This document shows positions 63,557 through 64,000 of a DNA stretch of 64,000 nt, in pieces. The stretch lies in the NCBI RefSeq assembly GCF_053078305.1, contig NZ_CP166879.1. One strand, given 5' to 3'. The notes under the pieces are model-generated. The model saw nothing but the letters and a program-made list of their open reading frames with translations, did not search any database and was not told the DNA's origin. Each line of letters opens with the position of its first letter. Position 1 is the first letter of the stretch. A program made the position numbers and the translations under genes.

Positions 63557-64000
63557 TCACCGGATATAGGAGAAGGCCGTCGTGACCCGCTTCACTCCGC
63601 TCACCCTACTGGCAACATCTGCTGCCGCTCGCCCTTCCTGCTCTGTAACCAGGCCCAGTAAAAAGACTTCGCTGTTTTCTGTCACCACCTTGACACTGGA
63701 TGATTTGACACGGGCACTTGTGAGTAACTGAGAACGAATTTTTGTCGTAAGCCAGGCATCACCTGCCATTATGACCGGACTGACGGGTGTCCCCTGCCGG
63801 ATTTCATTATAGACCTCCTGAACACCATCGACACCGAGTGCTATCTGACGGGCACGGGCAGATAATTCACGGCCCGGAGACTGACCGATCAGCAGCACGC
63901 GTCCCTGATATGCAATCTCACTGATACGTGCTTCTTTTCTGATTTGTTCATCTTTTGAAAGTGCACTGCTGACCCTCAGCTCCAGCACTTCATCATCCAC
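63557..64000 (-). CDS. DolP/YraP-like dual-BON-domain lipoprotein paralog, C-terminal 147 aa (5' end outside window)
   Basis: Translation aligns by eye along its whole visible length with recalled E. coli DolP (YraP), e.g. LEVRVNSALSKDEQIKKEARI / GQSP..ELSARA / VKRVTTAF blocks, at roughly 60-70% identity. Confidence 0.8.
   Translation of the reverse strand: MDDEVLELRVSSALSKDEQIRKEARISEIAYQGRVLLIGQSPGRELSARARQIALGVDGVQEVYNEIRQGTPVSPVIMAGDAWLTTKIRSQLLTSARVKSSSVKVVTENSEVFLLGLVTEQEGRAAADVASRVSGVKRVTTAFSYIR

Larger units (their letters stand above)
55952..64000. mobile_element. genomic island integrated at the 3' end of pheU (right boundary beyond window)
   Basis: Core K-12-like synteny ends at pheU; downstream genes (integrase, helicase module, YadA-like adhesin, GNAT/RHH TA, DolP paralog) are not part of the conserved pheU neighbourhood; tyrosine integrase adjacent to tRNA. 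Confidence 0.8.

Noticed and set aside
55952-64000. Search for attR (a second copy of the tRNA-Phe 3' end, ttcgattccg...tccgggcacca)
   Set aside because: No copy found by eye within the window; the island's right boundary is presumably beyond 64000, so no attR feature is reported.

Overview
Most of this window (about 1-55.9 kb) is ordinary Escherichia coli core chromosome, in reverse orientation relative to the K-12 map; the last 8 kb is a horizontally acquired island inserted at the 3' end of tRNA-Phe (pheU), and that is where the candidate undescribed system sits. All gene identities below come from reading the ORF translations and recalling E. coli K-12 proteins and synteny; no database search was run. 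The core runs ulaG(partial)-ulaR-yjfP-bsmA-yjfN-aidB-yjfCMLKJI-rlmB-rnr-nsrR-purA-yjeT-hflCKX-hfq-miaA-mutL-amiB-tsaE-nnr / queG / three tandem tRNA-Gly / orn / rsgA-psd-mscM / yjeM-epmA / frdABCD-ampC-blc / gdx-ecnBA-efp / epmB / yjeJ / yjeI-groEL-groES / yjeH / fxsA / aspA-dcuA-cutA-dsbD-yjdC-pheU. The island (55,952 to beyond 64,000) carries a tyrosine integrase, a translationally coupled pair (SF1 UvrD-like helicase plus a 495-aa protein with no motif I recognise), a YadA-like trimeric autotransporter adhesin with 4.5 tandem 156-bp repeats, a GNAT/DUF1778 toxin-antitoxin pair, and a truncated DolP/YraP-like BON-domain paralog. The helicase-partner-integrase operon is the best candidate for a novel module, but its function (defence versus island replication/mobilisation) cannot be decided from sequence alone. 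The conserved but uncharacterised yjfIJKLMC operon (PspA-like plus ATP-grasp) is a second candidate. Regulatory elements readable directly from the sequence include the guanidine-II riboswitch upstream of gdx, the ampC promoter and attenuator inside frdD, the groE sigma-32 promoter, and several REP/BIME repeats and terminators.
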